A stretch of 62,364 nucleotides of DNA, filler included, from Stramenopiles sp. TOSAG23-2 (lineage: Eukaryota): the NCBI GenBank assembly GCA_900128395.1. It is 26 parts of 26 records of this genome, joined end to end, with 100 filler letters (N's around TTAATTAATTAA, not from the genome) between each part and the next. Parts side by side here need not be neighbours in the genome. Positions count along the whole stretch, not along the records: positions 21,745 to 24,051 come from LT651851.1; positions 24,152 to 26,457 come from LT651852.1; positions 26,558 to 28,861 come from LT651853.1; positions 28,962 to 31,264 come from LT651854.1; positions 31,365 to 33,666 come from LT651855.1; positions 33,767 to 36,063 come from LT651857.1; 20 more parts are not named here. One strand, 5' to 3'. Below the pieces are notes generated by a model. It saw nothing but the letters and a program-made list of their open reading frames with translations, was not told the DNA's origin and ran no database searches. Shown piece by piece: positions 22,167 to 34,009 of this stretch (within the stretch, counting starts at the first letter, position 1; each line of letters opens with the position of its first letter). The position numbers and the translations under genes are program-made.

Positions 22167-23450
22167 ATGGAGAAATCAGATTATTTGTTTTTATCAAATC
22201 AACAAAAAAATTTACAAGCAAATAATCCAGATGGTGTTAGGAATTGGTCTGGTACAGTCATGTTATTGAGACCAAAACCATTTGGTGTACAATCTGTAAA
22301 TCAAGTACGTGCGTTTAATCATAAAGCATTTAAAGTGGAAGGTGATGAGAAAAAGAAAAGACGTTCAATAGTTAAAAAATCAAAGTCAGCTGCTGCTATT
22401 TTAGGAGGCGATGGTGAGATGGATGATATATTACGAATGGAAGCGGAGTTAGCTGAGGAAAGAAAAATTTCATCCTTTTCCCCTGTAAAAGCATATAGGC
22501 GTTCAATGGATAGGCAAATGGAAAAATCAATGGGATTTATGGAACATCCTTTTTATGACCCAGTAGCACGTGGTAAAAATGCACCGGCATATTCGTTAAG
22601 CGGAAGGCCAAAAGATATTGTGCAAGAGGAAGAAGAATTGCCTGAATTTGTTATTGAACGTGGACCACATGGTACATGGACAAGACGTCGTGTTGGATTT
22701 TTAGAAGTTCATGAAGCGTTAAAACGACTTGGCACTCAACCTCCAGCATTTACGATGCGACAACGTTTGCCTAGTGAATTTGATAAACGAGGCAATTTTG
22801 GTGATAGTCTTGGCGTAGCACATAAATCATGGGCAGTTGATCCAAATGCTAAATATATTAAAGGATTTCCATTTGGTCTGCGTCATAAACATTTAGATCC
22901 AAAAGATTTCGAAGGTCCAGGTCCAACAGCATATGATGCAACAGAGGCATTTAATAAATTGAAAAATCCAGGTCAAAATGAAAAATACAAGCAAGTTAGT
23001 TTAGGAGGAAAATTAGTCGATATAGTAAATAAAGACATTTTAACATTTCCAGGTCCATGTAAATACGAACAACCACCAGCAATACCACTTGATCCAATAT
23101 GTAAACACGGCATAAGACGTAGTAGATGTAAAGTAATGAGATCAGATGGAAAAGGGAAAGAATGCCCACCTAATAAATACGAAAATATTAAAGGTGGTTA
23201 TTTTTCACCAAAGTTAGTAGATTTAGTCAATAAAGATTTATTATCATTTCCAGGTCCAAATCAATATAACACGGATCATACAATTTCGTTGGAAAGTCGT
23301 TGGAAAAAAGATCCTGCATATTCGTTTTATGGTGGATATAGTAAAAAATTTGGTACAACGAAACCAAATGTTAGTAGGCGTACAAATCCTGATGAATTAT
23401 TAAATGAAATTATGAAAGATATGAAAGCTAAAATCGGGAATGCGAAATAA
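22167..23450 (+). CDS. SHIPPO-repeat (ODF3/STPG-like) axonemal protein
   Basis: Repeated PGPTAY / PGPCKY / PGPNQY motifs with PAYS/PAFT spacers. Confidence 0.8.
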   Translation: MEKSDYLFLSNQQKNLQANNPDGVRNWSGTVMLLRPKPFGVQSVNQVRAFNHKAFKVEGDEKKKRRSIVKKSKSAAAILGGDGEMDDILRMEAELAEERKISSFSPVKAYRRSMDRQMEKSMGFMEHPFYDPVARGKNAPAYSLSGRPKDIVQEEEELPEFVIERGPHGTWTRRRVGFLEVHEALKRLGTQPPAFTMRQRLPSEFDKRGNFGDSLGVAHKSWAVDPNAKYIKGFPFGLRHKHLDPKDFEGPGPTAYDATEAFNKLKNPGQNEKYKQVSLGGKLVDIVNKDILTFPGPCKYEQPPAIPLDPICKHGIRRSRCKVMRSDGKGKECPPNKYENIKGGYFSPKLVDLVNKDLLSFPGPNQYNTDHTISLESRWKKDPAYSFYGGYSKKFGTTKPNVSRRTNPDELLNEIMKDMKAKIGNAK

Positions 23451-23641
23451 ATACGAGATGGAATAGTAAAACCCCTGTAAGAATGTAAAACAATTTTTGG
23501 TTAGCGTGACAAAATAGAAAAATACCGCATGAATATATTTATATATACTTTGAAAAACAATAAAAAATACACATATATAAGTGTTAATATTTTTATATAT
23601 TATATATAAAAAAAATATACGAGCGTACGTATTTTACTTAT

Positions 23642-23736
23642 TTAATAATGATGGTTAAAATCTAAAGTTATATTAATAATTTTACTTCCCGTGCTAAGTA
23701 ATATGCTCAATACTATATGATACCCATCATTATTAA
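23642..23736. repeat. Short copy C of the 7347 repeat family, bracketed by 13-bp inverted repeats
   Basis: TTAATAATGATGG (23642-23654) and CCATCATTATTAA (23724-23736). The interior matches 7347-7414. Confidence 0.65.
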
Positions 23737-24153
23737 TAGATGATGATTTATCTCTCTTAAAAAAAATACACATTTTATGGTATTTTTCACATATGTACAC
23801 ACTGGTTACACCTTATATGGCCTATAATTTTAAACCATCCCTCTTTATTTTAAACGAGTATTTTTATATTTTAAAAATGTTTTTACCTGGTTTTAATACT
23901 TCGTACGTCGTACATGTGATATTTAATATTAAAAAAGATAAAAAGAGATACTATGGCTCAAATCGACAAAAAACATCCCAGGTGCTGTGTAGGCGTAGCT
24001 AATTTTACGTAATGATATATACATGCTAAATTTAAGCGCATGGGCCCCTCCNNNNNNNNNNNNNNNNNNNNNNNNNNNNNNNNNNNNNNNNNNNNTTAAT
24101 TAATTAANNNNNNNNNNNNNNNNNNNNNNNNNNNNNNNNNNNNNNNNNNNNGT

Positions 24154-24345
24154 GGTACGAATAGTCATGGATCTATTTTACAAGCAATACGTAATGGTGG
24201 TTGTGGACATCAATTTTTTTGGTCAAGTTTGAAACCTGCAAGCACTCATTATCAAGGAATAAATGGTGAGCGTAGAAGTGGTACAATATCAAAAGAATAT
24301 CGAATGCAAGCAATGAAAAAAGTATTTGGCGAGCAAAATAAGTAA
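24154..24345 (+). CDS. 3' end of a probable RBR/IBR-type zinc-finger protein
   Basis: GTNSHGSILQAIRNGGCGHQFFW...stop, open from the contig start. Confidence 0.5.
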   Translation, partial: GTNSHGSILQAIRNGGCGHQFFWSSLKPASTHYQGINGERRSGTISKEYRMQAMKKVFGEQNK

Positions 24346-24398
24346 AAGATGATAATATATATATTGCAGAAAATATGAGAAAAAAAATAACAGTGTAC

Positions 24399-24434
<36 letters not shown>

Positions 24435-24816
24435 GAGAAGTGATAATAGATAGATGTTAATGTGTTTTTAAAATTTTATTAAAAACAAAAATATTACACA
24501 ATAATATAAATTATACAGTAGTTTGCATGTACCAATTCTATTTCCATTTTAAATTTTCCATTTTCTCGAAAAATTTAACATTACACAGCATTATAGCATA
24601 CTTTCTACTTACTATGCCTGAAAAAAAAGCCTGATATGTGCATACTGGCATATTACCTGGTATGGCATTGATGAAGAAGAAAGAAGAACAAAGAAGTGCT
24701 TGTCTCTCTCTCTATATATATATATAAAACGAAAATCAAAAACATAAATAATAAATAGAATAAAAGGAAATATCAACAATAACAATAATAAGATATAAAG
24801 TAAATAAATAATTCAA

Positions 24817-25926
24817 ATGAAACAATCAAGTATAAAACAATTGAATAATAATAATAAACATATGGGAAACGTAAATATTGTAAAACGTTCTTCATCCTCA
24901 TCAAAGAAGGATGATGATAATAATAATACATGTAATGGTAATAATAAATATTTACCCATTGAAAACCTCAAAAATATTAATCTAACTCTGCAAGATACAT
25001 ACGCGAAACAAATAAAAAAGAACTATATTGATAGGTTTGAAAGTCAATTGTTAAAATTGAATCGATCTATTAACATGGATGAAAATCAAAAGGAAAATAA
25101 AGTTCGCTTTGTATTCCTTTCCGATACGCATGGTTATCACAGGCACATAAAACCTATACCAAAAGGTGATGTATTATTACATACGGGTGATATTTGTGCT
25201 AATTATAATATAAAAGATGATGTTCTTGGTCAATTTCAAGATTTTTTGAATTGGTTAGAAGAGCTCCATACAAATTTTTCACACATGGTATTTATTGCAG
25301 GAAATCATGATATATTTTTAGATTATAAATATTCAAAAAGTAATAAAATGTTGAAATCACGATATGAAAAAGCAAAACAAATGTTATTGCAAAAACAGAA
25401 AAAAATACCTAACTTAATTTATTTGGAAAATAACTCATGTGTCGTAAAAGGTAATATAAGGATTTTTGGAACACCAATCAGCCAATGTAGGGCTGAATTG
25501 TATAATAAATGTTATCTATCATCCGCTTTTGAAACTAAAAAGACAAAACGTGAAGTCATTTATAAATCGATTCCAGATGAAAACGAGGTATGTATTTTAA
25601 TGACACATGGTCCACCAAAATGTGATCTTTGTCCAAATTGGGGAGATGATATTTTAACAAATGTATTAATACAAAGAAAATATCCAATACAATTTCATTG
25701 TTTTGGACATGATCATAAAGGAATGGGTATATCACAAGGAATTCATACCACTGTTTGTGGGAAGGGAGGTGAGGTGATTGATACAATTAAATTGCCTGAA
25801 ACTGTATTTATTAACGGCGCATTACAAAACATGTTAAGAGATTTAGGAAATGGATTTGTTTGGACATTTGATTGTGAGATCGAGAAGAAGTTAGAGATTG
25901 AGAAAGAGAGTATGACCATATGTTAA
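24817..25926 (+). CDS. Metallophosphoesterase, MPPED1/2-like
   Basis: SDTHG, HTGD, IAGNHD, THGPP and FGHDH calcineurin-like motifs. Confidence 0.92.
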   Translation: MKQSSIKQLNNNNKHMGNVNIVKRSSSSSKKDDDNNNTCNGNNKYLPIENLKNINLTLQDTYAKQIKKNYIDRFESQLLKLNRSINMDENQKENKVRFVFLSDTHGYHRHIKPIPKGDVLLHTGDICANYNIKDDVLGQFQDFLNWLEELHTNFSHMVFIAGNHDIFLDYKYSKSNKMLKSRYEKAKQMLLQKQKKIPNLIYLENNSCVVKGNIRIFGTPISQCRAELYNKCYLSSAFETKKTKREVIYKSIPDENEVCILMTHGPPKCDLCPNWGDDILTNVLIQRKYPIQFHCFGHDHKGMGISQGIHTTVCGKGGEVIDTIKLPETVFINGALQNMLRDLGNGFVWTFDCEIEKKLEIEKESMTIC

Positions 25927-27102
25927 AAAGAGAGTAAGTTCGTAAAAAAAACATTTTTTTTGTCATATCATACGAGTTACACCATTACAAACGTATGTTA
26001 AATTAATATAAACAGAAAACAACTTTAAACTCCATCATCACACACAATCCGTCGAGGGTTCTCTATCAAATGACAATAAGTTATACTTAAAAGGGATATT
26101 AGAATGTTTGTATTTGATTTTTGTGATTTTGGTGATTTCCAATACCATCATCGGTATATTACAAAAAAAAATTGTTGTTGTTTTGTTGGTGTGTGCCTGG
26201 TGTGATTGTTTTGTTGCCAGGAAAATTGCCTTAGGCGGATTGGCACATCATTTACTATACGTATTATTATTACCAGGTAATATCCTATAGGGGTGCAAAA
26301 ACCTGGGTCACAGTATTCACCTGCTATGGAGGTATATACACTACATAGCATTATAATGGTATGACTATATTATATTTATTTAATAGGTACATACCATTGG
26401 CTACTTTCATTAATTTTATCAGTCCATTTTCGCAATTGGATGCATTTAAACATAAACNNNNNNNNNNNNNNNNNNNNNNNNNNNNNNNNNNNNNNNNNNN
26501 NTTAATTAATTAANNNNNNNNNNNNNNNNNNNNNNNNNNNNNNNNNNNNNNNNNNNNAATATATTGTTGGTAGGAATAATGGTGGTAGTGGTAGAAGGAA
26601 GAAGTGAGAGATTAGTAAAGAGAGAGTGTACATATTATGTCGTCTGATTATGGTGTGGAGGTGAATATTTAAATACGTACGGCACAAAGATTATACGGGT
26701 CGTATTAAATTTTTTTCATGATATATCTGCATCTTTTTATTATAAATAAAATCAAAACACCTCTCTCTATATTATATATATATCCTTCTTCTTTTTTTTG
26801 CTTTACTTAAAAGTTGCATGTGGGTTATTTAATAAATATATTGTTGGTAGGAATAATGGTGGTAGTGGTAGAAGGAAGAAGTGAGAGATAGTAGAGTGTG
26901 TGTGGTACATATTAATATTATCGTCTGATTATTGGTGGAGGTGAATATTTAAATACACGTATGATACGGCACAAAGATTATACGGGTCGTTTTTTTAAAA
27001 ATTTTTTTCATGATATCATATATATCTGCATCTTTTTATTAAATAAAATCAAAACACCTCTCTCTATATTATACTTCGTATATCCTTCTTCTTTTTTTTG
27101 CT

Positions 27103-27849
27103 TTACTTAAAAGTTGCATGTGGGTTATTTAATGGTCTGCTTAAAAATATATCGGAAGTAATGTATTGTTTGATTGCATCAATGTTTTCCATACGTTCTA
27201 TATAATCACAAATATCTTTATTGGACAGAACTTTATTTGTTGAAATAGATTCATCAGCTTCAACAATTTTCCATTTTGTTAATAAATCATAAAATTTAAA
27301 ATCAACAATACTAATTTCTTCACCGGTGATAAAAGTATTATTACATGAAACCAATTGCTCAGCAAATTTATCCAACACGCCTGGCAAGCTGTTTTCGCAG
27401 TATCCTTTCATTTGACCAAAATTGCTATAACACATTCTTGTAAAGGTTGAATCAAAGTCATATACCTCGCTTAATAATACATCTGTTGTAACTTCACTTT
27501 TTCCTAATAAGTTAAACTTTCTGCCTATATAACGTAATATTGCTTGTGATTGTGAAATAGCGACCTTATTATCACCATCCAAAAAATATGGCAAATTTAC
27601 AAATTTGACCGTTTTTCCAACTTCTGGTTTAACATCAAACCATACTTTTTTATATGTATCCGTCTCTGCAGGATTTCCCGCGTCAATTCTTACATCAGTA
27701 TATTCAACTTTTGCATATGCTAATGCCAAACGAATAGGTTGACATAAACCTCTTATATCCCAATATGTAATATGCAACCCTGACGCTGGCATGGTACATG
27801 GTATTTGGGCGCTGGTAGATGTGCGTATAACATTGATTAATTTCGACAT
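27103..27849 (-). CDS. GST: Glutathione S-transferase, mu-like
   Basis: YWDIRGLCQPIRLAL, NLPYFLDG, SQSQAILRYIGRK and a C-terminal PLNN. Confidence 0.93.
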   Translation of the reverse strand: MSKLINVIRTSTSAQIPCTMPASGLHITYWDIRGLCQPIRLALAYAKVEYTDVRIDAGNPAETDTYKKVWFDVKPEVGKTVKFVNLPYFLDGDNKVAISQSQAILRYIGRKFNLLGKSEVTTDVLLSEVYDFDSTFTRMCYSNFGQMKGYCENSLPGVLDKFAEQLVSCNNTFITGEEISIVDFKFYDLLTKWKIVEADESISTNKVLSNKDICDYIERMENIDAIKQYITSDIFLSRPLNNPHATFK

Positions 27850-29865
27850 GATTGATAATATTTTGTTAGTTATGTACGTATATATAGCTGTATACATATG
27901 GTGGTATCATTTTACCATTTCATATTTAAAGAAGAATTAAAAATTATAAATATATATTTTTGTTGTTGTTGTTGTTGTTGTTGGATGTTGAAGTATATAA
28001 ATTATTATAGTCACATTTGATAGGTAAAGATGTCAAAGATTGCGTCAATTTAGTATTCTAATTCCCTTTCAAGTATACATTATTGGTCATTTGATAGTTG
28101 AACTAAGATATAGCCTTTTGATGTATTCTAATTTCCCTTTCAAGTATAAATTATTAAGTCATTTTTGATTTTAGAGGATCAACAACCACATATGAGTTTG
28201 ATGAAAATTTGATCGACATCACATCGCATCAAAATAGGCTGTTGAAAAAAAGGTATATTTTACATATTAATAATAATATTGTTTAAAATATAAATATCCG
28301 ATCCGGTTATACAAAATATTTTATTGTAATAGTAACTATAACAGTATTATAGCCGCCTGGCCCGGCTATAGGATTTGTTTGTTTATTTTCCGCTGTTGTT
28401 TCCCTTTTTCTGTAACATATAATATTATTTGAAATTTTCTTCTCTATTGATATATGACCAAGCCTTGGGCAAGCCTTATAGATACACATGATACATGTAA
28501 ATGTAGCAAACGTGGCTGGTTGCTGACCCTTTTGTGGATAACAAACGACGAATGGTGTAAATTAAGATATTGTAATACTGTGTACCTGCTAATGTCTACC
28601 ATCACACAGCACTCTATTCACACGCGAGCGGGGATATCAACATGCACATCCTGATATAAACTGAAACGTTGGTTATATATTCTACCAAGTATATGTTCCT
28701 ATCAAATTTCTCAACCATTTCTTTCCCCTTTTTTATTAAATTATATTCTTAAATGGCAATGTGTGCAATATTGTAAATTGATGATACAGATATACATCCA
28801 TTCATTCTCCAATCTGGCAATGGCAATCGATGTTAGATTATATATATATCCATTATTATATNNNNNNNNNNNNNNNNNNNNNNNNNNNNNNNNNNNNNNN
28901 NNNNNTTAATTAATTAANNNNNNNNNNNNNNNNNNNNNNNNNNNNNNNNNNNNNNNNNNNNATATTGGTACTGTTTATCCTGAAGCATTACCTATGGATA
29001 TGGATACTGCTGCGACAAAAGTACAATCGATATTCAGAGGTAGAAGAGTTCGTAATAATAGTAGAAGGTGAAATTCTTGTGTATATTTGCTTTATGTATA
29101 TGCAACTGCCGTTCAATGGCTTTAGTATAATTCCTTGTGGTACTATAACTTTTTGTACACATATTACATGAAACAGTATATTTACCATTAACATATTTTA
29201 CCGTATTACTGATTCCATTATTTATTAATTTTGGCATTTTACTACGTAAATATAATGTATAAAAGCAATGGTTAAAAATAATATAGACTATGGTTTGTAT
29301 CTATATCTTACATATCTTAATAAATATACGTTCGTACGAAATATAATTGTTTTTAGTTTTTAGCACCTGCTTTATATATTATTTCTCTTACTCATTATAT
29401 AATAATTAATGCAATAACTTATTCATATATACGAAGTATTATAACTCGTATAAATTTCTTTTTACTCCCGGAAGAAGTTTAACGTAATAAGAACCTAATA
29501 TAATATTGTAATTGTTGCTGGATTGGGTATTATTATACATTGGCAAAAAGGTGGTTCACAGTATTCGCCTGCTACATATATGTTTAAAAGTAAAAATCGT
29601 AAAAATTTCTTCAATCGACTAGATCTATAGTATGCACAGTTATAAAATAGTTTTATTTTTTATGCTTTTTATAATACACATATGATACCATACTCATTAC
29701 CACAACTAAAAATCATCCTCGTCACTATCACCACCATTTGCAGCTTCCATGACTTGAATCTTTAAGTCCGATATTTAAAATTTTACCCATATATGTGCTA
29801 AATCAAGTGCAAATATGACCACCCCAATCTACAAATCTTAATTAAATGAGGTGTATCATTACTTG

Positions 29866-30692
29866 TTAAACCAAACATTCTTTTATGTTTTTATACATTT
29901 TACAAACTTGTAAGATTTGGTTTTTGCCAGCATTAGTGATGTTGTTATTATACAAACGAAGATGTGTCAGTCCTTTCATTTCTTTCAATGCAGGTACAAG
30001 CTTTTTAATACCAATATCAGTAATTTTGTTATTATACAAATCCAGCACTGTCATTCCTGTCATTTTTGTCAATGCTGGTACAAGCTTTTCAATACCAATA
30101 TCAGTGATTTTGTTATTATGCAATAAAGATGTGTCAGTCCTTTCATTTCTTTCAATGCAGGTACAAGATATCCAATACCGATATCAGTAATTTTGTTATT
30201 GTCCAAATTAAGACGTGTAATTCCTTTCATTTCTTTCAATGCAGGTACAAGATACCCAATACCGATATCAGTGATATTGTTATTATCCAAATAAAGATGT
30301 GTCATTCCTTTCATTTCTTTCAATGCAGGTACAAGATATCCAATACCGATATCAGTAATTTTGTTATTAGACAAATCCAGCACTGTCATTCCTGTCATTT
30401 CTTTCAATGCAGGTACAAGATATCCAATACCAATATCAGTGATATTGGTATTATGCAATAAAAGATGTGTCATTCCTTTCATTGCTTTCAATGCAGGTGT
30501 AAGATATCCCATACCAACATCACTTATTTTGTTATTAGACAAACGAAGATCTGACATTCTTTTCATTTCTTTCAATACAGGCACAAGCTTTTCAATACCA
30601 ATATCAGTGATTTTGTTATTGTCCAAAGCAACCGCTTTCATTCCTTTCATTTCTTTCAATGTAGGTATAAGATTTTCAATACCAATATCCAA
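29866..30692 (-). CDS. RI-like leucine-rich-repeat protein fragment (28-aa/84-nt repeats); 5'-truncated, with a frameshift near 30125
   Basis: Nine LxLxxNxITDIGIxxLVPALKEM units. A 1-nt loss in a T run is evident relative to sister repeats. Confidence 0.85.
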
Positions 30693-31902
30693 TCAAATAT
30701 GTACTAATATATATATTTTTTAAAATGTGTACAAAATACAAAAAAAAAAAAGAGATAATTATAATATAATAATAATAATAATAAATAATAATAAAACCAC
30801 ACCACCCACATAAGAAAATGGAGAAAATGATTGGCATAACGCAGCTCTACAATTAAAAGATATATACTTAAAATAATTGATGATTTACCTATTATATTCG
30901 ATCGATCAGAGATGCTGATCTATATTAATATATTAAGCATACAATTAAGATAGACATACCGACATACCATTGTATTATCAAAGAGATTCTCTTTGTTATA
31001 TAGTATTATTTATCGTACTGTATTTATTAGGTAAAGTACACGACGTATAGGAAAATGTGCTTGTGGATTAAAAGTTTACAAGTAAAAATCGTAAAAATTT
31101 CAATTGACTAGATCTAGTATGCACAGTTATATATATATTTAAAATAGAGTTTTATTTTTTATGCTTTTTATAATACACATACCATACTCATTACCACAAC
31201 TAAAAATCATCGTCACTATCACCACCATTTGCAGCTTCCATGACTTGAATCTTTAAGTCCGGGANNNNNNNNNNNNNNNNNNNNNNNNNNNNNNNNNNNN
31301 NNNNNNNNTTAATTAATTAANNNNNNNNNNNNNNNNNNNNNNNNNNNNNNNNNNNNNNNNNNNNTCTTTTTTGGCATGTTGTTATATAATATAATGAATG
31401 TTTTTACTGGTGATGACAAGGTTATTTTAATAATGTATTATTCGTCGTACTATAATGTTCCCAATTATTTCATTTCATCAATGACAGTCTTCTGATCTAT
31501 ATCGATACACTCGGATAATACATATATCTAGTCTATTTGTGGTTAAAATTGATGGCCCGTGTTGATCGAGGAAGATAAGTGTGAGTTCTGGGAGTTGAAG
31601 ATTTTAGTCTATATAATTATGTACTAAATATATATCCTATGAACATTGAAATATTGAAATTATATGATAGGGAAGTTTTTGGTATTCTTATTTTTATACA
31701 TATACAACTTAAAAACAATAAAAACCTTTGTTTGTGTGTGTATTGAATAGATATAGATATATTATATAAGAACAAATACAATATCATCAAATCATGTGTT
31801 GTATATCTTTTATATTTAGTATAGTAATATATATCTCTCTCTCTTTCTCACTCACTCACACTCACTCTTTATCCATTTGATCATCCATTTTGTGATCAAT
31901 AA

Positions 31903-31938
<36 letters not shown>

Positions 31939-32020
31939 AAAATGATACTACGACGAATAATACATTGTTAAAATAAATTTGTCATCACCAGTAAAAACAT
32001 TCATTATATTATATAACAAC

Positions 32021-32956
32021 ATGCCAAAAAAGAAAAAAGAACATAGTGGTAAAAAAATAACAATAATAATAAACATGTTAATGCGGAGATTTTTAAATTG
32101 GTGGCGTGGTAAATCAGTAAAAGGCACAGGAAAAGAATTGCAACATCATATCGATACATATAAAATATATACCTTGGCACATTATAAAAAAATCATTAAT
32201 GAACAAGGTGGTGTAGACAAAGCAACATTAATACATGATAAAGACGAACAAAAAGATTTTTTTGACATGTGCCAAGATTCATCATTAGAAAGCCAACAAC
32301 AATTTATTAAAGAACATGTTACAAAAGAAATTTTAAATATATTCAATGTTTTTTATGAAAAAGTTCCTTTAAAAGTACCACAAAGTGAGGATGAATTAAT
32401 AGATACAATTGTTGAAGTTGATCAAGCCGTTGATCCAAATTCATTCCCATTATTTGTTAATTCTCGTTCCACTACAAAACCGTCAGCAAAAAGTATTTCA
32501 AATTTTAATAAAATGAACGATGCAATGATGGAGAAATTAGGATATTCATTAAATGTACGCCAATCAAAAATTCCAAATGCTGGACAAGGTGTATTTTTAA
32601 ATGGAAAAGCAACTGCTGGTACTGTCATTTCTTTGTATCCAGGTATCGTTTATTTAAAAGAATATGTAGTTAGCGGTGATATTGCTGGTATGTTTGGTCC
32701 TGATGATTCAGGTTTATATACAATGTCTCGTTATGATGGATCTATTTTTAATGGTGATTGTACATTAAAATGGCATCCATCACCAATATCACATGGACAT
32801 TTAATACGCCATCCTACTGGAATTTTACCAAGGTCACAAGATCATCATGGTTTACCAAAAATTTTAGGTAAGGCAAATGTAATGTCATGTCCATTTAATT
32901 TTCCAGTATTGGAAAGCGCTGCAATTAATAAAAAAGGAGGATTTTTGAATAGTTTA

Positions 32957-32987
<31 letters not shown>

Positions 32988-33349
32988 ACAACGACTATAC
33001 CCTTCAAGACGACGATGTAAACAAAGAAAATCAAAATAATAATAAAAAAATGGTAAAATTAGATATTGATAAATTTCTAGAAAAAAAGAAACTTGGTAAA
33101 AAGTTTCCAACAGAATTTCGACCATATATACCAAATGCATATTATAAACCACCAGTATTATTAAGTACACAAGAAGCGAAAGAAAGTTATACATTTGGTA
33201 TTGCATTAATAGCTACAGAAAATATTGAAAATGAAGAAATATATTTAGATTATCGTTATAATCCACATTTAGATACACCATCATGGTATAAAACAATAGA
33301 TGAAGAATCTGCACAGAGAAGATGGAAGGAACATACAGACAACAAATAG
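32021..33349 (+). CDS. SET-domain protein, SETD9-like
   Basis: SKIPNAGQGVFLNG...ISLYPG, GHLIRHP, ANV, IPN and IATENIENEEIYLDYRY. Confidence 0.85.
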
Positions 33350-34009
33350 TTGTATTTAATATATGCATACTTCGTATTCGTAATATTATAATAAGTGTTC
33401 TTTTGGAGAGTATGAATTAACGGAAAAAAATAGTTCACGTGTTTGAGGTAAATTAAAAAATATATGTATGGTCGTACAACGATCGTATCATACATTTTAC
33501 GATAATATTTTTTTACAATATGTACGAAGTATATCATATCATATCATAGGTCATATGACCCACGATCGATAAGATCAGGAGGATCAATAAAAAAAAGTAC
33601 TATATAATAGGGTATATTTAAGTACAATATTTAGTATTCTAATCTATACATTTATACCACTTTAAANNNNNNNNNNNNNNNNNNNNNNNNNNNNNNNNNN
33701 NNNNNNNNNNTTAATTAATTAANNNNNNNNNNNNNNNNNNNNNNNNNNNNNNNNNNNNNNNNNNNNGGAGGAGGAGTGCAGGAGAAAAAAAAGAAAAGAA
33801 AAAAAAAGGCTGGAAAATGTAAAAAAATGTGAATGAAGAGATATAATAATATTAATAACATTTATATACTTCCAGTATGTCACAATATATATAATATTGT
33901 ATTTAAAATAATAGTATAATCTACTACACAAAACATATATATAATACAATACATAAAAAGTAGTAGCATTTTACATAAATAAAACAAATCAAGGAATTAT
34001 ATCAATATA

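Noticed and set aside
24154-24345. Fe/Mn superoxide dismutase (AIRNGGCGHQFFWSSLKP resembles the SOD helix)
   Set aside because: Lacks the HxNH ligand pattern and the whole C-terminal SOD domain; better explained as an RBR/IBR-type Cys/His tail.
26558-27130. Direct repeat of the GST 3' end and UTR
   Set aside because: Two indel-differing versions placed in tandem at a contig start; allelic haplotypes concatenated.
27991-28169. CRISPR array
   Set aside because: Only 2-3 degenerate units, no cas genes, eukaryotic context, and the unit is dispersed singly elsewhere.
29588-31261. ~185-bp direct repeats flanking the LRR fragment as LTRs
   Set aside because: No TG...CA ends, PBS or PPT. The repeat contains a gene 3' end (DLKIQVMEAANGGDSD..F-stop) and the second copy sits at the contig end, so it is likely an allelic duplication.
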